Shown here: piece after piece, positions 34,237 through 43,483 of the stretch | How the letters are laid out: every line of letters starts with the position of its first letter | Position numbering within the stretch: position 1 is the first letter of the stretch | Origin: Chloroflexota bacterium | GTDB lineage: Bacteria; Chloroflexota; Anaerolineae; Aggregatilineales; J027 | Length of the DNA stretch: 64,000 nt | Direction of reading: 5' to 3' | NCBI GenBank assembly: GCA_016234595.1 | Contig: JACRBG010000047.1 | Location: forward strand, 1,269 to 65,268 | Notes under the pieces: model-generated | What the model was told of the DNA's origin: nothing | Databases searched by the model: none | Seen by the model: only the letters and a program-made list of their open reading frames with translations | Translations under genes and position numbers: made by a program

Positions 34237-36108
34237 TTACGGTTGAACTTGAATGAGGATATATCCGAGGGTTGTGGGATCAGAGAGATCACCTACCACA
34301 ATGAAGGTGTAGTAGTTGCCTTTGGTTAGGTCAAAGCTCTCAATACGATAGTACACATTGCCTTGCCCGTCACTGAAATTGAAGGTGCGGGTATTGGCAT
34401 TCATATTGAGGTTGTCACTGCCTTGTCCATAGGCCAAAACACCTGCCAAAACGTCACCGCTGGCGGCATTGATGACCGACATACCCGGTACATTGCGCAC
34501 CGCATGGATGAAGCGGACACGGGCTTGGTCGGGTGGAATAATTTCCAGATTGTCGGCAAAGCCATTGACACGGAAATTATCGGTACCCAGCGCTACGAAA
34601 GTGAGCGGGAAATTGTTGGCAGCGATGGTGAGTTGGTCGCGCCACATGGGTTCAACACCTTCGGCGGGAGTGACATCACCGGGGTAGACGGTTAGTTCAT
34701 AGTTGCCAGCTGGCAGAGTCAAGTAGTCGGTGTAATCGAGATAGTTGAGATTATTGAGTACCAGATCGCCATTCAGATAGAAGTCGAGTGAGGGCGAATC
34801 AGGGGCAGCATGGGCAAACCGAACCGAAGCGACCTGTTCAACAGTTTCATTGAACCATGTCCAGCGTTGACGATCCGCACCATAGATAATCAAGGTGGCG
34901 ATTGAACCAGAGGGCGCATTTACTTCGGCACGCCCAACTGAGGCACTGGGGTCACTGGCATCCACCAAGGTCAGATCGTACAAACCACCGGGGATGTTGG
35001 CACTGGCAAGGCTGCCTTCTGATACTTCTTGGACAAGTGTAATCCCATTTTGAGATACAACTCCAAAGGTCGGGATGAGACTTGTCAGATTCATGACCTG
35101 CAACCGCGCAGTATTGACTGGAACGGGGGTTAGATCGTCAGCAAATAGATCCACTTTCACAGCATCAGGTGTGCCGGTGAGAATGATGAAGAGACTTTGA
35201 TCTTCAGCGATTTCGGTGTCGAGTGTAGCAACAGGTGTTCCACCATCAGGTGAGGTGCCCGTCGCATAGACTTCAAAATTGTAGGTGCCGGGGGTTACGA
35301 CGACTTCATTGGTGGCTTCGCCATATTGAATCCCCGCATAAACGGCAATGGGGTCGGCATTGACATAAACATCATAGGTGGCTTCGTCAGTGCCTTCTGG
35401 CACGTCGACCAAGTTCATGAAACGGAAACGGTTGGTGCCGCTAACACGATAGGGCCGACCTGTTAATTGGACGATACGCGGAGTTGGGCTGGCGGAATCG
35501 CCAACAAAAAACACCAAGTAATAACGTCCGGGGGACAAAACAATATCTGAGGCAGCAGCGCTACCGAGCGCGACAGAATAGCTTCCGGCGACGACTTCGG
35601 TGGCTTCGGTGACATCACCAAAACCAATATCACTGGCGACGACTTCGCCGTTGGCCCGCACATCTTGTCCATCGCTACCTTGAACAGCGTTTACATAGGC
35701 GACGCGCGATAGATTACGTACGGGTGGGGCGGCATTGTCAACCGTGACCACTACCCGGCTATCCCCACCTGCGCCAATCAGGGCGGCGGTCATACGGGTG
35801 ACATTGGCAAGTGTGAAATTAGCACTTGCGATTTGATCCCCCGCGGGAGTGGTAAATACGACGGTGTGGTCACCCGTATAGAAGGTGAAATAGCCCACGA
35901 CATTAAACAGCTTGTTGGCGATTAGACGGTTATCGAGATAGACGTTGACGTCTCCACCTGTTACAGTCGCGTTGGCAAAACGAATAAATCCGACACCTGT
36001 TTGGGTGTCTGGGGCTGCTTGAGCTGGCTGTCGCACCACACCCAACGCAGTTAGGGCAATAATCCCAATTAAGCAGAGGCCGATAAAACTTTGGAGATGC
36101 TTTCGCAT
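34237..36108 (-). CDS. Secreted DUF4397 repeat protein
   Basis: Signal peptide MRKHLQSFIGLCLIGIIALTALGVVRQPAQA. At least five repeats of the pattern (V/I)R(F)xxA...(V)DVY(L/V)(D/N)...Y..(V/L)..G.Y. AAGGAG SD. Confidence 0.8.
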   Translation of the reverse strand: MRKHLQSFIGLCLIGIIALTALGVVRQPAQAAPDTQTGVGFIRFANATVTGGDVNVYLDNRLIANKLFNVVGYFTFYTGDHTVVFTTPAGDQIASANFTLANVTRMTAALIGAGGDSRVVVTVDNAAPPVRNLSRVAYVNAVQGSDGQDVRANGEVVASDIGFGDVTEATEVVAGSYSVALGSAAASDIVLSPGRYYLVFFVGDSASPTPRIVQLTGRPYRVSGTNRFRFMNLVDVPEGTDEATYDVYVNADPIAVYAGIQYGEATNEVVVTPGTYNFEVYATGTSPDGGTPVATLDTEIAEDQSLFIILTGTPDAVKVDLFADDLTPVPVNTARLQVMNLTSLIPTFGVVSQNGITLVQEVSEGSLASANIPGGLYDLTLVDASDPSASVGRAEVNAPSGSIATLIIYGADRQRWTWFNETVEQVASVRFAHAAPDSPSLDFYLNGDLVLNNLNYLDYTDYLTLPAGNYELTVYPGDVTPAEGVEPMWRDQLTIAANNFPLTFVALGTDNFRVNGFADNLEIIPPDQARVRFIHAVRNVPGMSVINAASGDVLAGVLAYGQGSDNLNMNANTRTFNFSDGQGNVYYRIESFDLTKGNYYTFIVVGDLSDPTTLGYILIQVQP

Positions 36109-36277
36109 TATGCTGGCTCCTTAGCTAATACAAAAATAGAAAAGCAGAATTATCAAATTTGTAAAGTGAATACCCTACCAGTATACGAGAATGTGGAAAT
36201 TAGGAAATTAGCCCGATGGAGCTACCTGTGTTGTATTAATTGAAATATTACGGTCAGCCATGTTGGGTTTAGCGTGT

Positions 36278-37363
36278 TTACTCAAAACGGATGCTGTGAA
36301 TGATCCGGCGGGCCGTGCGTGCTTGACTACCGGGGGATTCCTCAAAAGCGACCATAAAAAACACATAGGTCTGCCCATGATGTTGGGTTGACGCGAGATA
36401 GTAGCTAATATTGATTTCTATTGAATCAGTTGAGGACAATTCCATAGAGTTCTTTTGAATTTGAACTGAGAGATGAAACAAAGTCAATTTGCCATTTTCA
36501 CCCCCAATTTTAATGTCCTCCGTTTCGGTGTTGGCGTTAATTCTGAAGCCAAAAAGATCGAAACCGTCTTGAGTTTGGATAGTATTGTCCAATTGAAGTT
36601 GGATTTGGGCAAGGTGGCCTTGGGATACTGGAGCAAAAATCACTGCTCCAAATGAGTGGAGCCGTTCTTCAAAATCATCACTAGATAAACTGGTTTCGGA
36701 TTCATTCGAAACGTCAATATTTAGGCTATCCAGATTTCCGCCGGTTAGGACATTAATGGCAGTATCTGCAGAGGGTTGACTTTCTACCATTTGAGCAATC
36801 GGGTCAAGCCTATCACTGGCGGCAACGACCCCCTTTTGATTTTGGGTCTGAAAACTTACAACCCTCCCCTCCCAATCTTCAGGATAGCGCATGGAATATT
36901 GGTCGGTGGTGGCTTCATTGGATAAATCTGGCCCAAAGAGACCAAATAGGCCACTGTGTTGATAGGTATAGGTGTACCAACCAGCCCCCAGCAGCAAAAT
37001 TGCCACTAGGATGAGTGCTCCACCCACTAATAAAATGTTGGCGGTACGGATTCGTATTTTAGGATTTTGGGCAAACGGATGGCTTGTTTGATTGGCGGAG
37101 GTAAGGGCGCCGAGGCTGAAAACCGATTCAACTTCTAATTCTTCTAACATGGCCCGGGCTTTGGCATTATCGGGTTTTAGTTCCAAAAGATGGATTAGGG
37201 CAGTGCGTTTGGCATCCGGGTCGGTTACGATGTTTGCCATAACCCACCACCCGCGTGCATCAAATGGATTTTGTTGAGTGTATTCGTCTACCAGTTGACG
37301 TGCTTGCTTTTGCTGGCCGTCTTTTGCCATTTGAACACTTTTAAGCAAAAGCTCCTCAGTCAT
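36278..37363 (-). CDS. Membrane protein with N-terminal TPR-like region, one TM helix and an uncharacterised extracytoplasmic domain
   Basis: N-terminus AKDGQQKQARQLVDEYTQQNPFDARGWWVMANI...ELKPDNAKARAMLEEL. TM ILLVGGALILVAILLLGAGWY. Confidence 0.65.
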   Translation of the reverse strand: MTEELLLKSVQMAKDGQQKQARQLVDEYTQQNPFDARGWWVMANIVTDPDAKRTALIHLLELKPDNAKARAMLEELEVESVFSLGALTSANQTSHPFAQNPKIRIRTANILLVGGALILVAILLLGAGWYTYTYQHSGLFGLFGPDLSNEATTDQYSMRYPEDWEGRVVSFQTQNQKGVVAASDRLDPIAQMVESQPSADTAINVLTGGNLDSLNIDVSNESETSLSSDDFEERLHSFGAVIFAPVSQGHLAQIQLQLDNTIQTQDGFDLFGFRINANTETEDIKIGGENGKLTLFHLSVQIQKNSMELSSTDSIEINISYYLASTQHHGQTYVFFMVAFEESPGSQARTARRIIHSIRFE

Positions 37364-37378
37364 TAGCTGGTTTAGCCC

Positions 37379-37711
37379 TTAACTATGGATGGCAGCGTCT
37401 AGGGTTGGGTAGACATGGAAGAATTTATCGAAGCCGATGATTTCTAGTACACGCATAATTTTGAGGTTGGGGGCGGCCAATTGTACATCTCCACCGCTTT
37501 GACGGCATTGCGTCAACACGTCGGCTAAAATGCGTAATCCGGCACTGTTTAAATAATTCGTTTGAGAAAGATCGAGTACCAACTGGTGATGTCCGGCGTT
37601 GACGACACTACGAAGAATATCTTCCATCTTGGTCGCGCCGTCGCCATCCACGCGGCCATCCACTTGAAAAACTATTTTGTCACCCTGCTGTGATTGTGAG
37701 ATGTTGAGCAT
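37379..37711 (-). CDS. STAS-domain anti-sigma-factor antagonist (SpoIIAA-like)
   Basis: 110 aa. LVLDLSQTNYLNSAGLRILADVL contains the conserved phosphorylatable Ser context. C-terminus VLEIIGFDKFFHVYPTLDAA. Confidence 0.85.
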   Translation of the reverse strand: MLNISQSQQGDKIVFQVDGRVDGDGATKMEDILRSVVNAGHHQLVLDLSQTNYLNSAGLRILADVLTQCRQSGGDVQLAAPNLKIMRVLEIIGFDKFFHVYPTLDAAIHS

Positions 37712-37772
37712 TGGATACTGCCCCTTTATGATAACACCACTACTGCCAACTAATGATACTCGGAATATGCTG

Positions 37773-37791
37773 AAAGTGAAAATTTCACTTT
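37773..37791. promoter_or_regulatory. Perfect 9-1-9 inverted repeat AAAGTGAAA-A-TTTCACTTT in the STAS/tgt divergent intergenic region
   Basis: Read directly: aaagtgaaaatttcacttt at 37773-37791, 62 nt from the STAS start and 130 nt from the tgt start. Confidence 0.4.
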
Positions 37792-37856
37792 ATGCGAAAG
37801 GGCAATATGGCTGGATTTGTAGGCCGCTATGAGATTGTGTGAAAATTTTGACCCGC

Positions 37857-37865
37857 TGTTATAAT
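37857..37865 (+). promoter_or_regulatory. Candidate extended -10 promoter element (TGtTATAAT) for tgt
   Basis: TG at 37857-37858 and TATAAT at 37860-37865, 55 nt upstream of the tgt ATG. No good -35. Confidence 0.35.
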
Positions 37866-37920
37866 GACCCCCTGTGTCGTTTTTAGATTATCAACATTGC
37901 ACTTTTAAGCCAGTTAACTT

Positions 37921-39102
37921 ATGAGTTTCACATTTTCTCTGGAAGCTACTGCTGGACGTGCGCGTGCGGGTGTGTTTAAAACGCCGCATGGGGATATTTT
38001 GACACCTGTGTTTGCCCCGGTAGGAACACAGGCCACTGTCAAAGCAATTCTTCCACGCGATTTACATGACCTGAATGCCACCCTTGTCCTCGCCAATACC
38101 TATCATTTACATCTACGTCCCGGTGATGATTTAGTCGCAGAAATGGGTGGGTTGCATCGTTTTATGGCATGGGACGGGCCAATGTTGACTGATTCGGGTG
38201 GTTTCCAAGTATTTAGCTTAGCCGAACTACGTCGTATTGATGATAATGGGGTGCGCTTCCGCAGTCATTTAGATGGAGCCTCCTATTATCTCACCCCCGA
38301 AAAATCGATGGCGATTCAGCATAATCTTGGCGCGGACATCATTATGGCTTTTGATGAGTGTGCTGTGCCCAATGATCGCCCCATCGTTGAAGCAGCCATG
38401 CACCGTACCCATGCTTGGGCTAAACGCTGTGTCGAATATCATATGACCCAAGGTGACCCAACCCATCAGGCTTTGTTTGGGATCGTGCAGGGTGGGATTT
38501 TTCCAGATTTGCGAGCACAGTCGGTTGAGGCAATTACATCGCTCAATCTTCCCGGTTATGCGATTGGTGGCTTAGCTGTTGGTGAAACCAAAAAAGAAAT
38601 GCTCACCACACTTGATGCAACCCTGCCCCTCATGCCAACTGGCCGCCCCCGCTATTTGATGGGTGTGGGTCGGGCCGAAGACTTGGTGCAAGGTATAGCG
38701 CGAGGTATTGATATTTTTGACTGCGTTTTACCCACCCGCGAGGCTCGACATGGGGCAGCTCTCACGCGGTTCGGTCGCTACAACATGCGTAACCAGCAGT
38801 TTGCCCATGACCCTGAACCGATTGAGGTAGGCTGTGAATGCTATGCCTGCCAACATTTTTCACGGGCTTACATCCGACATCTGATTAAAGCGAAAGAATT
38901 GATTGCACACCAGTTGTTGAGCATCCATAATCTGCACTTTTTGTTGAAATTGGTGCGGGATATGCGGGCCACAATTGTTAAGGGCGAGTCCGAATTTAGG
39001 ACATTTGCTGATGCGTTTTTGACCGACTGGCACTCTGGAGCAGGCGAAGAAGTCGTCGAGGAGGCGAGACGGTCATTGGGAGCAATCAACCTGTCAGGAT
39101 AA
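37921..39102 (+). CDS. tgt: Queuine tRNA-ribosyltransferase
   Basis: TPHGDILTPVFAPVGTQATVK, LANTYHL, LTDSGGFQVFSL, MAFDEC, GIVQGG, GYAIGGLAVGE, zinc site CECYACQHFSRAYIRHL. Confidence 0.95.
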   Translation: MSFTFSLEATAGRARAGVFKTPHGDILTPVFAPVGTQATVKAILPRDLHDLNATLVLANTYHLHLRPGDDLVAEMGGLHRFMAWDGPMLTDSGGFQVFSLAELRRIDDNGVRFRSHLDGASYYLTPEKSMAIQHNLGADIIMAFDECAVPNDRPIVEAAMHRTHAWAKRCVEYHMTQGDPTHQALFGIVQGGIFPDLRAQSVEAITSLNLPGYAIGGLAVGETKKEMLTTLDATLPLMPTGRPRYLMGVGRAEDLVQGIARGIDIFDCVLPTREARHGAALTRFGRYNMRNQQFAHDPEPIEVGCECYACQHFSRAYIRHLIKAKELIAHQLLSIHNLHFLLKLVRDMRATIVKGESEFRTFADAFLTDWHSGAGEEVVEEARRSLGAINLSG

Positions 39103-39109
39103 TCACTGG

Positions 39110-39964
39110 ATGAAGTGCGCCGCTAGCCGTAAAACCAAAAGAACCCTCATTGTGATGACATTAGCGCTCGCCAGTTGTCGTGCGCCAATGCAAGCCCCAA
39201 CTTCTACCCCCGAAGTCGTTCCTCTTTACTTTGTTACCTCTAGTAGTACTGATACCCTCTTACGAAATCTAGCTGCAACCTACACCCGTGAAAATTCGCT
39301 GGTCGCAATTGTTGACCAAACCGCCAATGGAACCTCAATCTCGGCTGCCTTAGACCCCTCCGACCCCTCCGAAAAAACCCTCTATGCGTTGACCACGTAT
39401 CTCCCCAATTCAGATCAGTTATGGGCGGCACCGCTAGGGCAAGATGGCATTGCGGTAGTCGTACATCCACGTTTGACCCTTCCCCAATTAAGTGCCGACG
39501 ATTTGCGGCGGATTTTTACAGGTGCAGTCGAAAATTGGACTGAATTAGGCGGGCCAGATGTACCCATTACGGTGGTAAGCCGTGAGGCTGAATCAGACAC
39601 TCGTCGTGTTTTTGAACAATTAGTTTTAGGGGAACGCCAGATCACTTATAATGCACTGCTGGCGCTCACCGATGCTGCTATGTTAGATGTGGTGTCGCGG
39701 ACACCGGGGGCAATTGGTTTTGTGAGCATGGCATTGGTGTCGGGGCAGGTGCGGGTGATGCCACTGGTGGCTGAAAATGGCGATACTCCGATGCTCCCAA
39801 CTCCATTGACTGTAGCCGATGGCTCCTATCCACTGCGGACACCCCTTCTCATTATTGGAAAAAAACCTCCTGAACCGGGGGATGGTTATTATGAATTTAT
39901 CGTGTGGGCACAACAACATCAGGCTCAGCAAATTATTGGCGAAACCTATGCTCCGCTGCCCTAA
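39110..39964 (+). CDS. PstS-family (PBP_like_2) periplasmic-binding lipoprotein, orphan
   Basis: Lipobox LALASC. FVTSSSTDTLLRNLA, IFTGAVENWTELGGPDVPITVVSREAESDTRRVFEQLVLG, GAIGFVSMA. 7-nt gap after tgt. Confidence 0.7.
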   Translation: MKCAASRKTKRTLIVMTLALASCRAPMQAPTSTPEVVPLYFVTSSSTDTLLRNLAATYTRENSLVAIVDQTANGTSISAALDPSDPSEKTLYALTTYLPNSDQLWAAPLGQDGIAVVVHPRLTLPQLSADDLRRIFTGAVENWTELGGPDVPITVVSREAESDTRRVFEQLVLGERQITYNALLALTDAAMLDVVSRTPGAIGFVSMALVSGQVRVMPLVAENGDTPMLPTPLTVADGSYPLRTPLLIIGKKPPEPGDGYYEFIVWAQQHQAQQIIGETYAPLP

Positions 39965-39973
39965 GGTGATTTT

Positions 39974-40624
39974 ATGATGGAAAAGGCTTGGTGGAAACTC
40001 ATTACCTTTGGCTTCCGATTGCTTTATAACGAGATGGCATGGACATATGATACCGTCTCGTGGGTAGTCAGTTTGGGACAATGGCGCAATTGGCAACAGG
40101 CTGCCCTTAAACATCTAGGAACCCAGCCGGGGGATTTAATTTTAGAATTAGCTCATGGCACGGGTAATTTGCAGCTCGATTTGTATGCTGCTGGTTACAA
40201 ACGGGTCGCGTATGATTTAAGCCCCTATATGGGCCGCATCGCCCGCCGCAAGTTACAAAGACGCCATGTTGTAGCCCCGTTGGTGCGTGGGCGTGCCCAA
40301 CAACTCCCCTTTCCCGATCAGGTTTTTGACGCAGTGATCAGTACCTTTCCGACGCCATTTATTATTGAAATGGACACGCTTCAAGAAGTTCATCGTGTAC
40401 TTAAACCGGGCCAGCGATTGGTGATTGTCCCCAACGGTATTTTGACCGGGGGTGGGATAGCCAAAGATGTGCTCGAAGCCACGTATCGTGCAACCGGACA
40501 GCGTGGGCCGTGGCCGGTGGATTTGGAACAGCGTTTTCAAGAGGCTGGATTTGAAGTTCAGTCGTTAGTGGAGTTATGCCCTTACAGTGTCGCACAAGTT
40601 ATCGTAGCCACGCGCAGGGATTAA
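39974..40624 (+). CDS. Class I SAM-dependent methyltransferase
   Basis: ILELAHGTGNLQLDL (motif I), AYDLSPYM, FDAVISTF, VLKPGQRLVIV. AAGGTGA SD. Confidence 0.8.
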   Translation: MMEKAWWKLITFGFRLLYNEMAWTYDTVSWVVSLGQWRNWQQAALKHLGTQPGDLILELAHGTGNLQLDLYAAGYKRVAYDLSPYMGRIARRKLQRRHVVAPLVRGRAQQLPFPDQVFDAVISTFPTPFIIEMDTLQEVHRVLKPGQRLVIVPNGILTGGGIAKDVLEATYRATGQRGPWPVDLEQRFQEAGFEVQSLVELCPYSVAQVIVATRRD

Positions 40625-40752
40625 CCCCGTCAGTTTTTTGTCAGGTTGCCTTCATGCCCCCGTAGTACAACCATCATTTGACCGTCCGGCTTAGCCTTGC
40701 TCGCTTGTCGTATACTATGCCTATCAATGCAGTCTCATGTGGAGGTTATGGA

Positions 40753-41853
40753 ATGTTGCAGTTGAAACGACTGATTGGCTTATGGTTGGTTGCTGTGGTC
40801 GCGTTGGCAATCGCGCCACGAGGTGATTCAGTTCACGCCCAAGATAATGGTACATTGCCCACTAGTTTTAAACTCGATATTACCCGCCTACGTCATGAAT
40901 ATCAGGGTTGGAATAATTGTGGCCCGACGACTCTGACGATGGGGTTAAGTTATTTTGGGTATCAAGAAAATCAACTCCCCGCCGCCCATTTTCTAAAACC
41001 TAATGGTGAAGATAAGAATGTCAATCCATGGGAGATGGTGGATTATGTCAACAACGTTGCCAGTCAAAGTGTTGATGTGCGGGCACTGTATCGCCCCGGC
41101 GGAGATTTTGACCTCATCAAGCGTTTGTTAGTCGCCGATTTCCCGGTCATTATTGAAAAAGGCTTTGATGTGGAAGACCTTGATTGGATGGGCCACTATT
41201 TGCTGTTGATTGGCTATGATGACACTGAAGGCATTTTCTATAGTTATGACAGCTATTTGGGGCATGGCAACTTTCAAGGGTTGAAAGAATCCTATGCCAC
41301 TGTTGAAAGCTACTGGTGGAATTTTAGTAATACCTTCATTGTGTTATATGCACCCGAACGTGAAGCTGAAGTCATGCAGATTTTGGGCGATCGGGCCGAT
41401 TTGAACCAGGCCTATCAATTGATGTCGCAGACGGCTCAAACCCGCGCCGCTGAAGATGGTCAGGACGCATGGGCGTGGTTTAATATTGGCGATGCCCTGA
41501 CACATTTGGGGTATTACACTGAGGCGACGGGGTTTTTTCGTGTGGCGTTCGACTTAGGGTTGCCATGGCGCACCCTCTGGTATCGGCATACCCCATTAGA
41601 GGCCTTCTATCAGACAGGGGAATTTAATACTGTCCTTGAACTGGTGCAGCAGGCCAAATTGACAACCCCTTATGTTGAAGAATGGGACTACTATCATGGC
41701 TTGGTGTTTGCATCTGAAGGGCGCACCGCCGATGCCAAAGCCCAATTTAACGAAGCGTTGCAATATAATTCCAATTACCAATTGGCAAAAGATGCCCTCG
41801 CCCAATTAGACGCGGGTACTTTTGTCGCTGTGGCTCAAACCGACACCCAGTAA
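40753..41853 (+). CDS. Secreted C39-like (Peptidase_C39_2) cysteine peptidase domain protein with C-terminal TPR repeats
   Basis: Start re-set to ATG 40753 (GGAGG 7 nt upstream), with signal peptide. QGWNNCGPTTLTMGLSYFG (catalytic Cys context), GHYLLLIGYDD. TPR-like GYYTEATGFFRVAFDL and AKAQFNEALQYNSNYQLA. Confidence 0.72.
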   Translation: MLQLKRLIGLWLVAVVALAIAPRGDSVHAQDNGTLPTSFKLDITRLRHEYQGWNNCGPTTLTMGLSYFGYQENQLPAAHFLKPNGEDKNVNPWEMVDYVNNVASQSVDVRALYRPGGDFDLIKRLLVADFPVIIEKGFDVEDLDWMGHYLLLIGYDDTEGIFYSYDSYLGHGNFQGLKESYATVESYWWNFSNTFIVLYAPEREAEVMQILGDRADLNQAYQLMSQTAQTRAAEDGQDAWAWFNIGDALTHLGYYTEATGFFRVAFDLGLPWRTLWYRHTPLEAFYQTGEFNTVLELVQQAKLTTPYVEEWDYYHGLVFASEGRTADAKAQFNEALQYNSNYQLAKDALAQLDAGTFVAVAQTDTQ

Positions 41854-41854
41854 G

Positions 41855-42463
41855 CTAACTTCTGACCCCTGCCTGAATTAAACGGTTGTGTAAAAAAACA
41901 GGGCGGGGGTCAATATATTTCCCACGATCAATCAGATAGCGCAATGTGAAGTCGGTTGCCATCAATGTTACCCCTTCTAAACTTCTTCTAGCCTCAGTCC
42001 GTAGCTCCTCCACCCCCGGAAAATCACGGGTCGGCTCAATTAAATCAGCGACATACACAATCATATCGGTTGCGGTCATCGTAGGGTCGCCTGTTGTATG
42101 GAAGGCGCAGGCACTTTGAATTTGAGGGTCATCTAGTCCAAATTCTTGCGCGGCCAACAGATAACCAACTGCGCCATGTAACAGCATGGGGACAGCTTTT
42201 TCACCTTCGCTAATGAGCAGTTGATGGAGTTCGGCCAGCCGTTTTAATTCATCATCAGGGAGATGTTTAGCAGCATCATGAATCCATGCAGCCAAACGTA
42301 CCCGCATTCGTTCCGTTGGCGCATAGAGTTGAGCCATCCAATCGGCGGTTTCGACCACGCCACGCACATGCGGAATGCGTTTGGGTTTTAGACGGGCTTC
42401 GACCCATGCCTGTACACGGGCTTCAAATTCAGGGGTGTATTCAGGTGGCATATCGTTTTCCAT
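41855..42463 (-). CDS. yqeK: HD-domain phosphohydrolase, YqeK family
   Basis: RIPHVRGVVETADWMA...AAWIHDAAKHL...LLHGAVGYLLA...HTTG are the YqeK-type HD motifs. Confidence 0.78.
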   Translation of the reverse strand: MENDMPPEYTPEFEARVQAWVEARLKPKRIPHVRGVVETADWMAQLYAPTERMRVRLAAWIHDAAKHLPDDELKRLAELHQLLISEGEKAVPMLLHGAVGYLLAAQEFGLDDPQIQSACAFHTTGDPTMTATDMIVYVADLIEPTRDFPGVEELRTEARRSLEGVTLMATDFTLRYLIDRGKYIDPRPVFLHNRLIQAGVRS

Positions 42464-42514
42464 GATAGGGGTAGGATGTCAGATAACAGCCCAATTGTAA
42501 TCGCTTACCTACCG

Positions 42515-42542
42515 TTGGCAAATGCGCTCAGGATGCTAGAAT
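42515..42542 (+). promoter_or_regulatory. Candidate sigma-70-type promoter for the PNP operon
   Basis: TTGGCA (42515-42520), 16-nt spacer, TGcTAGAAT (extended -10; TAGAAT 42537-42542), 63 nt upstream of ATG 42606. Confidence 0.45.
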
Positions 42543-42605
42543 AACGCTATGATATTTTAGTTGGGTTATCCCTGACCCCTTCATCTTGCTATTTGGAGAA
42601 CCATT

Positions 42606-43469
42606 ATGCTGACACCCGCGTTCACTCGCGCTGATTATGAAGCCGCCGCTGACGAAATCCGCCGTCGAACCCCCCGTGCCCCGAAAATCGGTATTATTTT
42701 GGGTTCAGGCCTAGGGCCATTGGCGGATAGTGTCGAAAATGCTGTTGCTATCTCCTATCGGGACATCCCTAATTGGCCGCAAGCCCCACACGGCGGACAT
42801 GTGCAAGGACATAAAGGGCAATTGGTGATTGGCAGCTTTGAAGGCCAAGATGTCGTGATGATGCAGGGGCGGTTGCATTTTTATGAGGGGTACAACATGC
42901 ACCAAGTCACCTTTCCGGTGCGGTTGATGCGTGTGTTAGGCGTGGATACCCTTGTGGTGACCAATGCAGCGGGTGGCCTGAATGAGAATTTTAAAGCGGG
43001 GGATTTGATGCTCATTACCGACCACATCAATTTGTTGGGTCAAATGGGCAATAACGGTTTAATTGGGCCGAATGATGATAGTTTTGGAGATCGTTTTCCA
43101 ATTTTTACGCAGGCTTATGATAAAAAACTGCGGAATAAGGCCATAGAAATTGCTCAACGTGAAGGTATTACCCTGCGACAGGGTGTGTATATTGCTCTAT
43201 CTGGCCCCGCCTTTGAGACGCCCGCCGAAATTCGTATGTTCCGCATGTGGGGAGCCGATGCGGTGGGTATGTCAACTGTACCAGAAGTTGTAGTGGCCCG
43301 TCATGCTGGGATGCGGGTGTTAGGGGTTTCGAGTATTACCAATGAAGCGATTGACAATCAGGATTCGACCAAAGATGTCAGCCACCAAGAGGTGTTGGAT
43401 GTAGGGGCCAAGATTGTCCCCAATTTGGTCAAAATCATTCGGGGGGTCATCCGCGAGTTTCCTGAGTAG
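42606..43469 (+). CDS. punA: Purine nucleoside phosphorylase (trimeric PNP-I / PunA type)
   Basis: GIILGSGLG, GHKGQLVIG, MQGRLHFYEGY, VTNAAGGLN, ITDHINL, GDRF, LSGPAFETPAE, GADAVGMSTVPEV. Confidence 0.92.
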   Translation: MLTPAFTRADYEAAADEIRRRTPRAPKIGIILGSGLGPLADSVENAVAISYRDIPNWPQAPHGGHVQGHKGQLVIGSFEGQDVVMMQGRLHFYEGYNMHQVTFPVRLMRVLGVDTLVVTNAAGGLNENFKAGDLMLITDHINLLGQMGNNGLIGPNDDSFGDRFPIFTQAYDKKLRNKAIEIAQREGITLRQGVYIALSGPAFETPAEIRMFRMWGADAVGMSTVPEVVVARHAGMRVLGVSSITNEAIDNQDSTKDVSHQEVLDVGAKIVPNLVKIIRGVIREFPE

Positions 43470-43483
43470 TTGGGAGTAGGGTT

